Origin: Urbifossiella sp.
Lineage (GTDB): Bacteria; Planctomycetota; Planctomycetia; Gemmatales; Gemmataceae
Direction: 5' to 3'
Length of the DNA stretch: 48,283 nucleotides
Assembly: GCA_035571955.1 (NCBI GenBank)
Contig: DATNBQ010000600.1
Location: 1 to 48,283 of the forward strand
A program made the translations under genes and the position numbers. Position 1 is the first letter of the stretch, and every line of letters begins with the position of its first letter. The notes below the pieces were generated by a model. The model saw only the letters and a list, made by a program, of their open reading frames with translations, was not told where the DNA came from and ran no database searches. Below are positions 30,801 to 38,682 of this stretch, piece by piece.

Positions 30801-33332
30801 CTGCCCGAGGAGATTCACGTCCCGACTGCTCTCGGCAAGCAATCGTTCGAGCTGAGCGCGGGCAGTGCCCAGGTCGCCGGCCGTCGTGTAAGCCTGGGCG
30901 ATCACCATCGCCATGTCGCGCGGCTTGTCGGAATCGCGCCGCTCGCGTTCCAACCGTTCGATCAGCCGATCGAACTGGTTGTTTTCCAGGTAGAGCTGCG
31001 TGATCCGCTCGATGACGCCGAGCTTCGCTTCGAGTTCGTTGGTCTTTTCGAGGGCCCGCCACAGAAGCTCGATGGCTTCCCCCTGACGGACGCGTTCGCC
31101 CAGCGCGTTGGCCAGCGTGATGAGCCCTTGCGGGTCGGTCGGGTTGGCCCGTACGGACCGCCGCAGCGCTTCGAGCCCTTCCTCCTGGTCGCCGAGCTGG
31201 AAGCAGAGTTCGGCGAAAAACTTGTAGACCTCGGGGTTGCCAGGGGAGGCGGCGAGTAGATCGCGGCCGGCTTGCAGCGCCTCTTGCCGGCGACCGAGAC
31301 GCTGCTCCAGTTTTGCCACCGCCGTCAGATATTCCGTGCGATAACGGCGATCGAGGCTCGCCAGCTTGCGGTTGGTCTCGGCCGCGGCCAGGATCGACCC
31401 GGATGATTCAAAAATGCGGGCCCCGGCAATCAGAACGGGAACCGATTTTGGGTCCCTCGCTCCGGCCTTGCTGATGGCTTCCGCCGCGCGATCGAGTTGC
31501 CGATTCGCTTCGAAAAACCGCGCCAGTTTCAACCAGCGATCCGCGGTCGCGTCCTTGTTCGCCGTCAGTTCCTTCTGCAGCGATTCGATGCGTTCGACGA
31601 GCTTGTCCGTGGCCTGGTAGACCTTGATTTGCGCAACGAGGACCTGTTCGACTTCCTCGGCGTTGCTGGTGCGGGCGCTGGCCGCGGCGATCTGTTTGAG
31701 CGCATCATCGTGTTGGCCGTCCTGATAAAGCAGCTCGGCGAAGGTCATGAGCATGCCGAAGTCGTCGCCTTCGAGCTTGACGGCGTCGGCCATGGCGGCG
31801 ATCGCTTCCTTGCGGTAGCCGAAGCCGGCGAAAACTTCGGCGAGCCTGGCCAGGTTCTTCGCATTGCGATTGGCGCCCTCGGCAATCGGCCGCCAGGTCG
31901 CCAGCGCTTCTTCCGAACGCATCAGGCTGTGGAAGTATTCGCCGAGGTATTCGCGGTACTGGGCCGCCTCCGGAGCGAGTGCGATGGCCTTCTTGTAAAG
32001 GGCGATCGCTTCATCCGCGGCCCCTGCCGTTCGCATCAGGTCCGCGACCTGCGAATTGGTCACCGGGTCGTTCGGTTTTCTTTCCAGCAACCGCTTCCAG
32101 ACGGCGGCAGCCGCCATTCGCCGCTCCGCCTCCGGCTTCGCCGGATCGCGCATCAGCATCTTGCCCCATTCGCGGAGCGTGTCCGGGTTGTTCGGATCGG
32201 ACTTGGCAAGCGTCTCGTACTGGAGGGCGGCCGCGGCGAAGTTCTGCTCGAAGACGAGTTGATCGATGAGCCCTTGCCGCAAGGCGCGATTAGTCGGGGC
32301 GGCGACGAGCCCCTTTTCCAGCCAGGCTTTGGCTTCCGGCGCGCGGCCCTGCGACGACAGGTTTTTCGCCAGCCTGGCGAAGGCGTCCACATCGGTCGGG
32401 TTCTTTTCGAGCCACTTCTCGTAATACTTGGCGAGGCCAGCGAGGTCGTCTCCGCGCAGGAAGACCTCCTCAATGCGCCGCCGCACGTCGCGATGCAGCC
32501 AGCTATCCGAATTGAGTTCGGCCAGCAGCTTTTCGAAGTCCGCCAGCGCCTCCGCGGACTTCTTCAGCTTCACTTTCAGCTCAGCGACGTCCATGCGAAG
32601 CATCGATTGCCGATACTTGTCGTCCGTGGTCGAAGCGAGCTTCTGCAATCGCGGCAAGGCCTGCTCGAATTGCCCTTCTTCCACCAGGGTCGTCGCAATT
32701 TGCTCCTGCACGCGGGCATCGTCCGGGAAGAGTTTTTCGAGCCGGTTCCAGACGTCGAGCGCCTTGTCGGTGCGCTGGGCCCGCTGATAGACGCGGCCGA
32801 GCGCCTGGAAAATGTCGAGCAGATCGTTGCGAATCGGCTTGCGGGTGATGGCGCGTTCGAAGGCTTCCGCGGCGGTCTCCGGTTGACCGACAAGCACGAG
32901 CGATTGCCCCAGGTAATAAGGAGCCATCGCATTGGTGGAGAGATTCGCTTCGGCCTGGCGGAACGCCGCCACCGCAGCCGCATCCTTCCCGCGCTGGCTC
33001 TCCAAAAGGCCGATGATCATCCACGCCGTCCCGTCCTTGGCGTTCTTTTTCGTGCGGTCGGCATACGATCCAATGAGTCGATCCAAGGTTCCGCGTTCGA
33101 CGTGGTAACCGTAAAGCCGATCGAGGGCGGTGCCGCGGCGTGGGTTGGTTTCAAGCACTTTCTGGAATCGCTCGGCAATTGCTTTTTCCTTCACTTCCTC
33201 CGGCGGCGGCTCCTCCGCCTCGGCCATAGGCGGCGCCGCGACCGGCTTCTTCAGCGGCTGAGCAGCCAGGATCACGGCCCATCCCAGCATCGCCGAGATG
33301 GTGAGTGCGAGGCAGAATCGTCCGTGCCGCAT
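21825..33332 (-). CDS. Giant (3835 aa) secreted TPR-repeat protein with duplicated C-terminal DUF1583-like/beta-sandwich modules
   Basis: Start reassigned to ATG 33332 (AGGAG upstream, signal peptide). Long TPR-like helical array, a Pro/Ala linker, and two copies of ...Y.RP...G....Y.FFYD......VHP.L.R..FLLEPDGV.LHWL, recognised as DUF1583-like from memory. Confidence 0.9.
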   Translation of the reverse strand: MRHGRFCLALTISAMLGWAVILAAQPLKKPVAAPPMAEAEEPPPEEVKEKAIAERFQKVLETNPRRGTALDRLYGYHVERGTLDRLIGSYADRTKKNAKDGTAWMIIGLLESQRGKDAAAVAAFRQAEANLSTNAMAPYYLGQSLVLVGQPETAAEAFERAITRKPIRNDLLDIFQALGRVYQRAQRTDKALDVWNRLEKLFPDDARVQEQIATTLVEEGQFEQALPRLQKLASTTDDKYRQSMLRMDVAELKVKLKKSAEALADFEKLLAELNSDSWLHRDVRRRIEEVFLRGDDLAGLAKYYEKWLEKNPTDVDAFARLAKNLSSQGRAPEAKAWLEKGLVAAPTNRALRQGLIDQLVFEQNFAAAALQYETLAKSDPNNPDTLREWGKMLMRDPAKPEAERRMAAAAVWKRLLERKPNDPVTNSQVADLMRTAGAADEAIALYKKAIALAPEAAQYREYLGEYFHSLMRSEEALATWRPIAEGANRNAKNLARLAEVFAGFGYRKEAIAAMADAVKLEGDDFGMLMTFAELLYQDGQHDDALKQIAAASARTSNAEEVEQVLVAQIKVYQATDKLVERIESLQKELTANKDATADRWLKLARFFEANRQLDRAAEAISKAGARDPKSVPVLIAGARIFESSGSILAAAETNRKLASLDRRYRTEYLTAVAKLEQRLGRRQEALQAGRDLLAASPGNPEVYKFFAELCFQLGDQEEGLEALRRSVRANPTDPQGLITLANALGERVRQGEAIELLWRALEKTNELEAKLGVIERITQLYLENNQFDRLIERLERERRDSDKPRDMAMVIAQAYTTAGDLGTARAQLERLLAESSRDVNLLGQLVSLCESEGDLAAAVKYQRQIAAAAPNNFDHQLKMAQLLTRTGEADEAAEIWVNLVAKQTETHRNLQAIDQLINGGKFDSALAILSRLLVQKPGNWELLYREGAALAAKGKRDDAAKRFVSILALKQLDDEPGAIAKHDQEKAATKAKAAPRPGQQAYDRSTPPFLRRSNNVWRIRMAVGMDQRDYYPGNQQQSYAPSDFGEARMACLGYLYEQARARNDQDGFVKRLRLARDKAGADLRPLWDWYYFQALRQERKDMLATCLKLSNGPDPAGALAYLNAIGSRDNGVSRRRRGAAEAKDTTPPLPADQLAHALACFENLKRLKPDWVTAEVTQIAMTELKRAKRSEDETAIYKALVADASTIEKIQSALALAAGRKDIESALELFLKLDKLQGPAKTAAALAQLPTREATSQLESLVATLADEKKFPEALRIFDQAIALARRQNLAVPPSTIRKTSQGGGFSGYIPGKNGKNYRMSFPSPSEYYDYHLLQMLYTAYAKYREADLTSDLIAHVRKQAEAAQGAEQMYLRLATGYLLWWNDDKDESIEQLQQAIGLAPNDHNLLMEVATLREELGDPESALALLDSIVPLDTQMMQRREDFALQLAERTGNVDRARRAAERLFGLRLDADKQLVLAGKMHRLGMAKLAETVLNRAQRQAGNKTGTLLQLMSQYQSQNQTDLAVQIARQLLRKGPSMNFNQRGYNEVDNARDQAIRVLARSGQLKEMTERAEAQLKASPKSLQIHQTLIGFYQASNDKEKLKAALQKMAELKPDDGKLRFQVAQQLMQFGDRDAAIAHYKAAIKLDPSSFGNRYWEIEQTFSQANKFEELARLMEEIDFHKIGNYWSVIQMVPSLLRSDKGKELGLKLFKKSWEAFPQYRGQLLSQLSDESVWRLPEIYAYAKEAVIPREDSELDPWQATNEILSWNGDGRIEGVVTRMFSIARKQQRLPELKVEIQAALAKRPEWTGGKAMLAALEIQLGNKDAGKKLWQDAFNSKTEIPPLSRFLLAQELEFYAGVEDVAVATLEGGVEEMMKEGSYDISSNPARRLVWWYQQLGRKDDAKKLQLRMSKVEQNDPGYGGGGYWQYQQVNNKLSAARELQGLGETVEAVRIFNSLLADRESLDQANQYYGGERFDQQIEAGLRDAMASLKPDSLSSALGSLLTPLEGGASSKSALDLVVLVDSREFAKASLNSLFAAAIKSTEKKPEVRREAAAKLADLARKHPKDISIHTAAALVAFADGKPEAIREALDRLVKAVEESPLEPLTGKARANSRQRAEALLQVPLWLAARECLANRKDREPFHAAGEKLAARAVLAAKRQQDSPYLACILREWGQLDLDRGDRAKAEAHWAELLESYLPKPTPKKWAVPVRPAPAPPAPPAVVPAPKAPQSQAPRSADFRYVLAMRPVAVAAPVSPAGPRSGGSTTVLNVDQFQQVYSLAVLAADKGMTELSMKAMRDALRGGPLAPSKQRRNFGGAFRSRMIGGVQYYVQDNGIVQVGVDQALVELVPKWRASKAPLADIYEVVATAVLPDARPAEVFLASEGRVSGTIYSISPSGNLTPAVGINDDGVEDRGLCGLLCDVAIEANKVDDLRRRAGTRIGQPLGELNAQVLLAALALQSKNEAEALQLIKTLGERLKKDSLRGTNDSVMGVLLPLLADPKYAETAAPFIQKAAENCATTGNRQDYQRAMELRLKLATRQLALKNEAAARAQFKAIEKFDNKGGRGELDIHMPLAQEYLKIGWTADALKELALHADRAAVESSSPNPGNRREPTLNSFPLLVRRLYELPAAKRYEALHEWTMPTAGRKALRYYVGVLPSELPPPAFAKLPPLPAGQIVNTMLVLAEAANECGKGQELAGIAAKLAAEKIENAELFQVLVALAQKKGKEAEPQVRAFVESTRKRLTAKEEERITSRYYGEDRSPANVHDSELLVVQLSTADPALAAIGQALISTMLERSQSTHNAQQIPRLVSLQKSLAARLAGAPNALENAVPSHWRPANSRETWFAQDGYLTHGWGDGNGLLAFDTPLAGTFEFSVDVFQGHYTEGHAGYAGVVFEPNRGGVGSSVWAIGRHDQVNKDAPGILNEEFNRMTFQVSPGKVRCLLNGKLFYEDTDPQTTSPWLMLFSGSGRRPVFRNFAISGKPVIPAEVKLTGSSLGGWSPYLYGGVVPGRMALKERADGNAFDRYGDPVQQNPSDKPPKYDWEAKGGEIVGRKLDRADKPIPGCLAYFRPLQTGDSVKYEFFYDPGRTHVHPALGRIAFLLEPDGVQLHWLGNAGEDWTGVAPNNAVADSAARKSDKLPLKAGDWNALSLTTTADGLSIELNGAAIYEGKLPAGVERQFGLFHYREKTGVRVRNAVLRGSWGKELPAIEFTVKGAAPAEANARRSQIGEAYYATESGMIADRARKLPPAERSAALAQWVLPSETRPLIQLAGVIKPLDVLGSVDRADQPTGQRVVLGGRLEAPCLELIAAAKEAGQLNALADRVANLAVPPGDTAFQRSKLALLAAARAAQGRDAEAAAALQSLLAAFKQLPPDADPSVRWPEFIAALATLERPALAKPVRDLAEAINQNANDSMVQNKPFANRDFWVRAYRSVRARAIVAAQPDAIRRPFGSTTFAHWAPIALVDSGGRSQGWNAPHWSFENGVVTHYPGNNEDYLGLRTPLRGDFELTCELRLQGWTEAHMRYGAFQFDLSHDWKKFKMHTAMGHNGRDTTIAPPLKASKTNTYKFRMAVKGGWLRAYVDDRELAAEKIGTEPEPWLMFHANGHCTGTLANVRITGTPTVPEKIDLLSNDSLALWRPYLATGGPWSKRGEELFQFGRKPEPPPEGKPAPPRLFPESALFYQRPMLENGAIEYDFFYDAEKACVHPTLDRLTFLLEPDGVRLHWLTDGHSERSDVPFDNARDEPACRIGPSKLPLKAKAWNRVRLSVIGDEVRIALDGVDVYKRPIEATNQRFFGLFHYTDVSEARIRSMTYSGDWGKAVPPNERLFEPK

Positions 33333-33549
33333 CGTGAAGACTCCTGAAGCTGGATGGGGCGAGACGAGCCATCCCATGTTAAATGTCCGCGGTTGGGCGA
33401 ATGGCCGAGAAAAAGAGGACGATCATCTCGTTTTCATCAAAGGGGAACCACATTACCAACGAATCCCGAGTGCGGACGTTGGAAGACTTGTGGTGAAACG
33501 CCGGCAATGGACCGGCGTTTCAATTTGCCGAAATCCGCTTCCAAACCCT

Positions 33550-33578
33550 TTGACAACTTGCCCGGTCCCGGATAACCT
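33550..33578 (+). promoter_or_regulatory. sigma70-type promoter for the MoxR/vWA operon 2
   Basis: TTGACA-N17-TAACCT, 72 bp upstream of ATG 33651. Confidence 0.65.
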
Positions 33579-33650
33579 CAGACAAATTACCTGAGAGAAT
33601 CCCCGATTGCAATGGACCGTTACAAAGAAATGCCGCGAGGAGACAAGACC

Positions 33651-34655
33651 ATGAGCGCCGACGCCATCAAGGCCGAACTCGACCAGTTCCGCAGCGACTT
33701 CCAGCGGCTGCGCCAGGAAATCGCCAAGGTGATCGTCGGCCAGGACGACATCGTCGAAGGCACGCTGACGGCGCTGATTGCCGGCGGGCACGTTCTTCTC
33801 GAAGGCGTTCCCGGCCTCGGCAAGACGCTGCTGGTCCGGACCATCGCCGACGCGCTGCATCTGAAATTCGCCCGCATCCAGTTCACGCCGGACTTGATGC
33901 CGGCGGACCTGATCGGAACCAACGTCGTGATGGAGACGCCGGACCAGGGACGGAAGTTCGAGTTCCAGAAAGGCCCGGTGTTCGCCAATATCGTGCTGGC
34001 GGACGAGATCAATCGGGCGACGCCGAAAACGCAATCGGCCCTACTCGAAGCCATGCAGGAACATCATGTGACGGTGGCCGGGCAGACCTACCCGCTGCCG
34101 GAGCCGTTCTTCGTGCTGGCGACGCAGAACCCACTCGAAATGGAAGGAACCTATCCGCTGCCGGAAGCACAGCTCGATCGCTTCTTCTTCAAACTGCTGG
34201 TCAAGTTTCCGTCTTCGGAGCAGATGGAAGCCATCCTCGACCGAACGACGGAACTCTCGACGCCGCACGCCGAGGCAACCTTTGACGCGGCCCGGATCAA
34301 CGCGCTGTCGAAGATTGTCCGCCAGATTCCGATCGCCCCGGAGGTGCGGCGATATGCGATTGCCGTGGTGATGGCCACGCATCCGGAGAACGAAGTCGCG
34401 AGCTCGATGGCCCGGCAATATGTGCAATACGGTTCGAGCCCGCGCGGGGCGCAGGCCATCATCCTCGCCGCGAAACTGCGGGCGATCCTGGATAACCGCT
34501 ATCACGTCGCGCGCGACGACATCCGCGCCGTGGCGCCAATGGCATTGCGGCACCGCATCATACTGAACTTCGAAGGACAGGCCGACCGCGTCCCCGCGGA
34601 TGCAATCATCGCCAACGTGGTGAAGACGGCCCCCGAGGGTGCCGCGGTGTCTTAG
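33651..34655 (+). CDS. moxR: MoxR-family AAA+ ATPase
   Basis: GHVLLEGVPGLGKT, RIQFTPDLMPADLIG, VLADEINRATPKTQSALLEAMQE and ATQNPLEMEGTYPLPEAQLDRF. SD GAGGAG before ATG 33651. Confidence 0.95.
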   Translation: MSADAIKAELDQFRSDFQRLRQEIAKVIVGQDDIVEGTLTALIAGGHVLLEGVPGLGKTLLVRTIADALHLKFARIQFTPDLMPADLIGTNVVMETPDQGRKFEFQKGPVFANIVLADEINRATPKTQSALLEAMQEHHVTVAGQTYPLPEPFFVLATQNPLEMEGTYPLPEAQLDRFFFKLLVKFPSSEQMEAILDRTTELSTPHAEATFDAARINALSKIVRQIPIAPEVRRYAIAVVMATHPENEVASSMARQYVQYGSSPRGAQAIILAAKLRAILDNRYHVARDDIRAVAPMALRHRIILNFEGQADRVPADAIIANVVKTAPEGAAVS

Positions 34656-34659
34656 AAGT

Positions 34660-34811
34660 TCACCGCCAAGGCACAAAGATCACACGGAGACCACGGAGAA
34701 TGCAGGATGAATGGAAGGGAAAAAACGGCACGAGAACCATGACGCGAGAACTATCTCGACCTTAATTCTCCTCTCCGTGGTCTTTGCGCGATCTTTGTGC
34801 CTTTGTGGTGA
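34660..34811. repeat. Long imperfect inverted repeat (CACAAAG/CACGGAG-type), intercistronic
   Basis: 40-nt arms TCACCGCCAAGGCACAAAGATCACACGGAGACCACGGAGA and TCTCCGTGGTCTTTGCGCGATCTTTGTGCCTTTGTGGTGA match at 34/40, around a loop of about 72 nt. Confidence 0.9.
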
Positions 34812-34822
34812 GATTGGAGAAC

Positions 34823-35704
34823 ATGGCTCTGTTCGATTCCGATTTCCTGAAGAAGTTGGAGTATCTGTCGCTGATTTCGCGGCGGGTATTCCGCGGCTCG
34901 CTCATGGCCCAGCGGCGGACCATGCAGCTCGGCAGCGGCATCGAGTTCGCCGACCACCGCGAATACACTCCCGGCGACGACTTCCGCTACCTCGACTGGA
35001 ATCTCTACGCCCGCCACGATGAATTGCTGCTCAAACGCTTTCAGGAAGAAGAAGACCTCCACGTTTACTTCCTGCTCGATTGTTCGCGGAGCATGGCCTT
35101 CGGCGAATCGCCTAAATTCGACTTTGCTCGGCAGGTCGCCGCAGCCCTTGCCTACATCGCGCTCGCGGACCTGGACCGCATCTCCGTCACGGCATTTGCC
35201 GACGACATCATCGCCGACTTCCCGCTCACCCGCGGCAAGGGGCGCATTCTCTCGCTCTTGAAATTCCTGGAAGGCCTGGCGCCGGTGGGGCAGGATACGA
35301 ACCTGGAGCGGGTTGCCACGGGGTTCATCCATCGCGATCAGCGGCGCGGGCTCGCCATTGTCGTCAGCGATCTCTACGACCCGAACGGCTTCGCTCGCGG
35401 TCTCGATCTGCTTCGCCATCGCCGCTATGAAACCCGCGTCATTCAGATCCACGATAAATACGAACGCGAACCGCCGGACATGCTCGGCGACGTCGAAATG
35501 TGGGACGTGGAATCCGGCCTCGCCCGCAAAGTCACCGTCACGGAAAAGAACCTGCGCCGGTATCGTCAACTGTTCGACGACTACCAGGACGAAGTTGAAG
35601 GCTATTGCAACCGGCACTCGCTCGGTTGCACGCAAACATCGACGGAGACCGACTTCGATCAACTGATCCTACGGATGATGCGGCAAACCGGAGCGGTGCG
35701 ATGA
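34823..35704 (+). CDS. DUF58 (vWA-related) protein, soluble type
   Basis: GSGIEFADHREYTPGDDFRYLDWNLYAR, LLDCSRSM (MIDAS-like) and VVSDLYD. Start at ATG 34823 with GGAG upstream. Confidence 0.93.
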   Translation: MALFDSDFLKKLEYLSLISRRVFRGSLMAQRRTMQLGSGIEFADHREYTPGDDFRYLDWNLYARHDELLLKRFQEEEDLHVYFLLDCSRSMAFGESPKFDFARQVAAALAYIALADLDRISVTAFADDIIADFPLTRGKGRILSLLKFLEGLAPVGQDTNLERVATGFIHRDQRRGLAIVVSDLYDPNGFARGLDLLRHRRYETRVIQIHDKYEREPPDMLGDVEMWDVESGLARKVTVTEKNLRRYRQLFDDYQDEVEGYCNRHSLGCTQTSTETDFDQLILRMMRQTGAVR

Positions 35705-36690
35705 AAACGTCCCATGCAATGGCTCGTCGGCAACTTTTAAAGGCCGGGCTCGTGCTCGCGGGAGCCGAGTTCTGCCCGGAAGCTCTGTTCGACCGTCGGG
35801 CCGCGGCCGTCGACAAAACGGAGATCGTAATCGGACCGCGCGAGATCGTGAAGGGTCTCGATGGCATGAGCCGTGTCGCGGATCAGGGGCGCAATCCGTT
35901 CGGCGACGGGCACAATGCGGCAGCCGTGATTTCATCCGCATTCTTCTGCCGCGAACAAAAACTCGATGGCGACATTCAGAAGGAAATCCTGGTCCACCTC
36001 GAAGGCCGACTTCTCACCAGCCCGATCTACGCGAAGGCCCGACCGAAGGAGGCTGCCGAACCGAATCTCGTTGAGGGATTGCTCGATGACCTCGACGCCG
36101 GCATCGCCACGCTGCGGGGAAAAGGGCACAACATCATCTTCGCCGTCGCCTGCCTCAAGGCGCTGCGCGACCTTCCGGAAGCTGTGACGCCCGAACGAGT
36201 CGGCGGGCTGCGAAGGATGGTTCAGAGTTTTGGAATGACGAAGGGAACGCCGAGGAAGGATCCCGAGCCGCTCGTGGGCCTGGATGACGAGCAGAAGTTC
36301 ATTCACTTCATTTTCGAAGAGTTTCTGAAGGCAAAAGGCAATGGCTTCAACGGCCACGTGCTGACGATTGGCCACGCCCTGGTGGAACTGCACCGGATGG
36401 GTCACAAAGAGATGGCGCGCAAGGGAGTGCCGGCGTACTGGCAGTGGATGCGCGAGTCGCGCGGCGGCGATGAGGAGGAACGGAAGTCCGCCCCGGCAGC
36501 GCGCCGAGGTTCGACCCCGCTGTCGCGCGAATACTGGGCCGCCCAGGCCAAACGCCGTGTCGGTGGAATCGCCGGCAGCCACACCATCAAGTACCCCTAC
36601 AGCTTCTACGCCCTGGCCAAGGAACTCAAGGACGAGCAGTTGAAGAAGCGGATTCTCGGCAAGATCGACCTTCTGACCGCGAACAGTTGA
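35701..36690 (+). CDS. Tat-exported hypothetical helical protein with repeated His motifs
   Basis: Leader MKTSHAMARRQLLKAG. Motifs GHNAAAV, GHNIIFAVACLKAL, GHVLTIGHALVEL and SHTIKYPYSFY. ATGA-coupled to DUF58. Confidence 0.75.
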   Translation: MKTSHAMARRQLLKAGLVLAGAEFCPEALFDRRAAAVDKTEIVIGPREIVKGLDGMSRVADQGRNPFGDGHNAAAVISSAFFCREQKLDGDIQKEILVHLEGRLLTSPIYAKARPKEAAEPNLVEGLLDDLDAGIATLRGKGHNIIFAVACLKALRDLPEAVTPERVGGLRRMVQSFGMTKGTPRKDPEPLVGLDDEQKFIHFIFEEFLKAKGNGFNGHVLTIGHALVELHRMGHKEMARKGVPAYWQWMRESRGGDEEERKSAPAARRGSTPLSREYWAAQAKRRVGGIAGSHTIKYPYSFYALAKELKDEQLKKRILGKIDLLTANS

Positions 36691-36696
36691 CGCATT

Positions 36697-38574
36697 ATGA
36701 GCTTCGCCAACCCGACAGCCCTAGCCTGGTTCGCACTGGCAATCCCGGTGGTGATCTTCTACATCCTGAAGATCCGCCTCCGCCGCGTGCCCGTGTCGAC
36801 CGTCATCTTCTGGCGGCAAATCTTCGACGAGAAGAAGCCCCGCTCGCTTTGGCAGCGGTTGCGGCACCTCGCATCGCTGCTCGTGCAACTGGCATTTCTC
36901 GGGCTGCTGGTCGCGGCACTCGTGGAGCCGTTCTTCGCTTCCGAGGCTCGCCATGCCCGCCGCGTGATTCTCATCGTGGACAACTCCGCCAGCATGAACG
37001 CAACAGATGTGGAACCGAATCGCCTGGCGAAGGCCAAGGACGACGCGCATCGGATTATCAAGGGGCTGCGAGCGCGGGACGAAATGGCGATCATTGCGGC
37101 GGGCACGCAGCCGCGCGTCGTGTGCGGGTTAACGGGACATCAAAGGTCGCTGCGGGCAGCGCTGGACGATATCGGCCCCACGGACGGCCCTACGCAGTTG
37201 ACCGGGGCGCTCGAGCTGGCTCGCCGGCTCGTTTCCGAGAGCGGCGACGAGGAAAAAGAAACGCGCATCGTCGTGGTCACCGATGCCTGCACGCCCGATG
37301 CGGCCAAGCTATCGACGGAAGACCGCGTGCACTTCGTGGCCGTCGGAAGCCGCACGGGGAACCTCGCCATCACGCGCTTCCAGGTTCGCCGCAGCACCGT
37401 CGACCCCATCGGCTACGAAACGCTCGTCGAAATCGCGAATCTCGCCGACGAACTGACCGGCGACTTCCGCCTCACCATCACACTGAACGAACAATCGATC
37501 GAGGTGATTCCCCTGACGCTGGCGGCGAACCAGACGTGGAACCGGGTGCTTGAGAATACAACGCGGGACGGCGGTATGCTGATCGCGGAACTGGTCGTGA
37601 AGGGAGACAAGGGCGACCAGCCGTACCCGGATGCTCTCGTGTCCGACAACAAGGCGATCGCCGTGCTGCCGAAGCGGAACGATGTCCCGGTGCACATGCA
37701 CAGCCCGGTCGGCAATCTGTTCCTGCAGAAGGTGCTGGAGGCCAACCCGCTGACGCAGTTGACGACATCGAAGGCGATGCCGACCGAGTTCAAACCGGGT
37801 TCGGTGCACGTGTTCCATCGCGAGGTACCGAAAAACCTGCCGCCGGGGCCGGTTCTCGTGGTCGATCCCACCAACGACTGCACGCTATGGAAGGTAGGCG
37901 AGAAGCTGCAGAATCCCATTGTGACTCAGCAGGATAAGGATTCGACGCTCATGGCGCACGTGCGGCTCGACAATGTGCTGATGCCGGAAGCGCGGAAGGT
38001 GGCGTTCAGCCCGGCAGCGGGCCGACCGCAAGTCCTGGCCGCCGCGGTCACTGGCGACCCGCTCTTCGCGCTCATCGACCGCCCGGAAGGCAAGGTCGTC
38101 GTGCTGACGGTGAACCTCGACCTCGGCGATTTGCCGTTCCGCACGGCGTTCCCCATTCTCGCGATGAACGTACTTGGGCAATTCACGAGCAGCCACGGCG
38201 AGCTGCGCGAGTCACTTGCCGCCGGTTCGACCGCGGAGGTTGCGCTTCCGCCCGGCGAGTTCATCCTCAAGTCGCCGGACGGCAGTGTGCGAAAGCTGCC
38301 CGGCGGCAAGACGACCATTGGTCCCTTCGACCAGTGTGGGGTGTGGTCGATGGCCGCGGATGGAGCCGTCGCGCCGATCGAGGAGTTCGCGGTGAACGTG
38401 ATGAACAAGGCCGAGTCCGATTTGCGGCCGCCGGAGGGCGTTGTTTCCGTGGAAGCGAATACGGGCCTCGGCGGCAGCTTCCTCGGCCGGCCGCTCTGGT
38501 GGTACATGATCGGCTCGGCTTCCGTGCTGTTAGTTCTGGAATGGTATCTTTACCAACGCCGGTGGATTAGCTAA
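36697..38574 (+). CDS. BatA N-terminal domain + vWA membrane protein
   Basis: MSFANPTALAWFALAIPVVIFYILKIRLRRVPVSTVIFW (BatA double-TM), MIDAS IVDNSASM, VVVTD and a C-terminal TM LWWYM...LEWYLYQRR. Confidence 0.9.
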   Translation: MSFANPTALAWFALAIPVVIFYILKIRLRRVPVSTVIFWRQIFDEKKPRSLWQRLRHLASLLVQLAFLGLLVAALVEPFFASEARHARRVILIVDNSASMNATDVEPNRLAKAKDDAHRIIKGLRARDEMAIIAAGTQPRVVCGLTGHQRSLRAALDDIGPTDGPTQLTGALELARRLVSESGDEEKETRIVVVTDACTPDAAKLSTEDRVHFVAVGSRTGNLAITRFQVRRSTVDPIGYETLVEIANLADELTGDFRLTITLNEQSIEVIPLTLAANQTWNRVLENTTRDGGMLIAELVVKGDKGDQPYPDALVSDNKAIAVLPKRNDVPVHMHSPVGNLFLQKVLEANPLTQLTTSKAMPTEFKPGSVHVFHREVPKNLPPGPVLVVDPTNDCTLWKVGEKLQNPIVTQQDKDSTLMAHVRLDNVLMPEARKVAFSPAAGRPQVLAAAVTGDPLFALIDRPEGKVVVLTVNLDLGDLPFRTAFPILAMNVLGQFTSSHGELRESLAAGSTAEVALPPGEFILKSPDGSVRKLPGGKTTIGPFDQCGVWSMAADGAVAPIEEFAVNVMNKAESDLRPPEGVVSVEANTGLGGSFLGRPLWWYMIGSASVLLVLEWYLYQRRWIS

Positions 38575-38575
38575 T

Positions 38576-38682
38576 CCGGCCGCAGACTAACGCTGAGGAC
38601 GCAGATCAGAACAGAAAACGGATCAATCGTTCTTAGATTTTGTCGTTTCTGATCGGCGTTTTTCTGCGTAATCGGCGGCTGG
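38576..38682. repeat. Long imperfect inverted repeat, same family as 21711-21802, followed by a T-rich tract
   Basis: Arms CCGGCCGCAGACTAACGCTGAGGACGCAGATCAGAA and TTCTGATCGGCGTTTTTCTGCGTAATCGGCGGCTGG. A partial third arm copy lies near 38706-38726. Confidence 0.8.

Noticed and set aside
15359-33332. NLR-like/STAND antiphage system (WD40 and TPR repeats)
   Set aside because: No NACHT/STAND NTPase or effector domain is seen, and the repeat domains appear to be exported rather than cytoplasmic.
21924-33347. Long + strand ORFs (642, 765, 877, 616 aa) antisense to the giant TPR gene
   Set aside because: These are shadow ORFs expected opposite GC3-biased genes. They have no motifs and are fully overlapped by a well-supported CDS.
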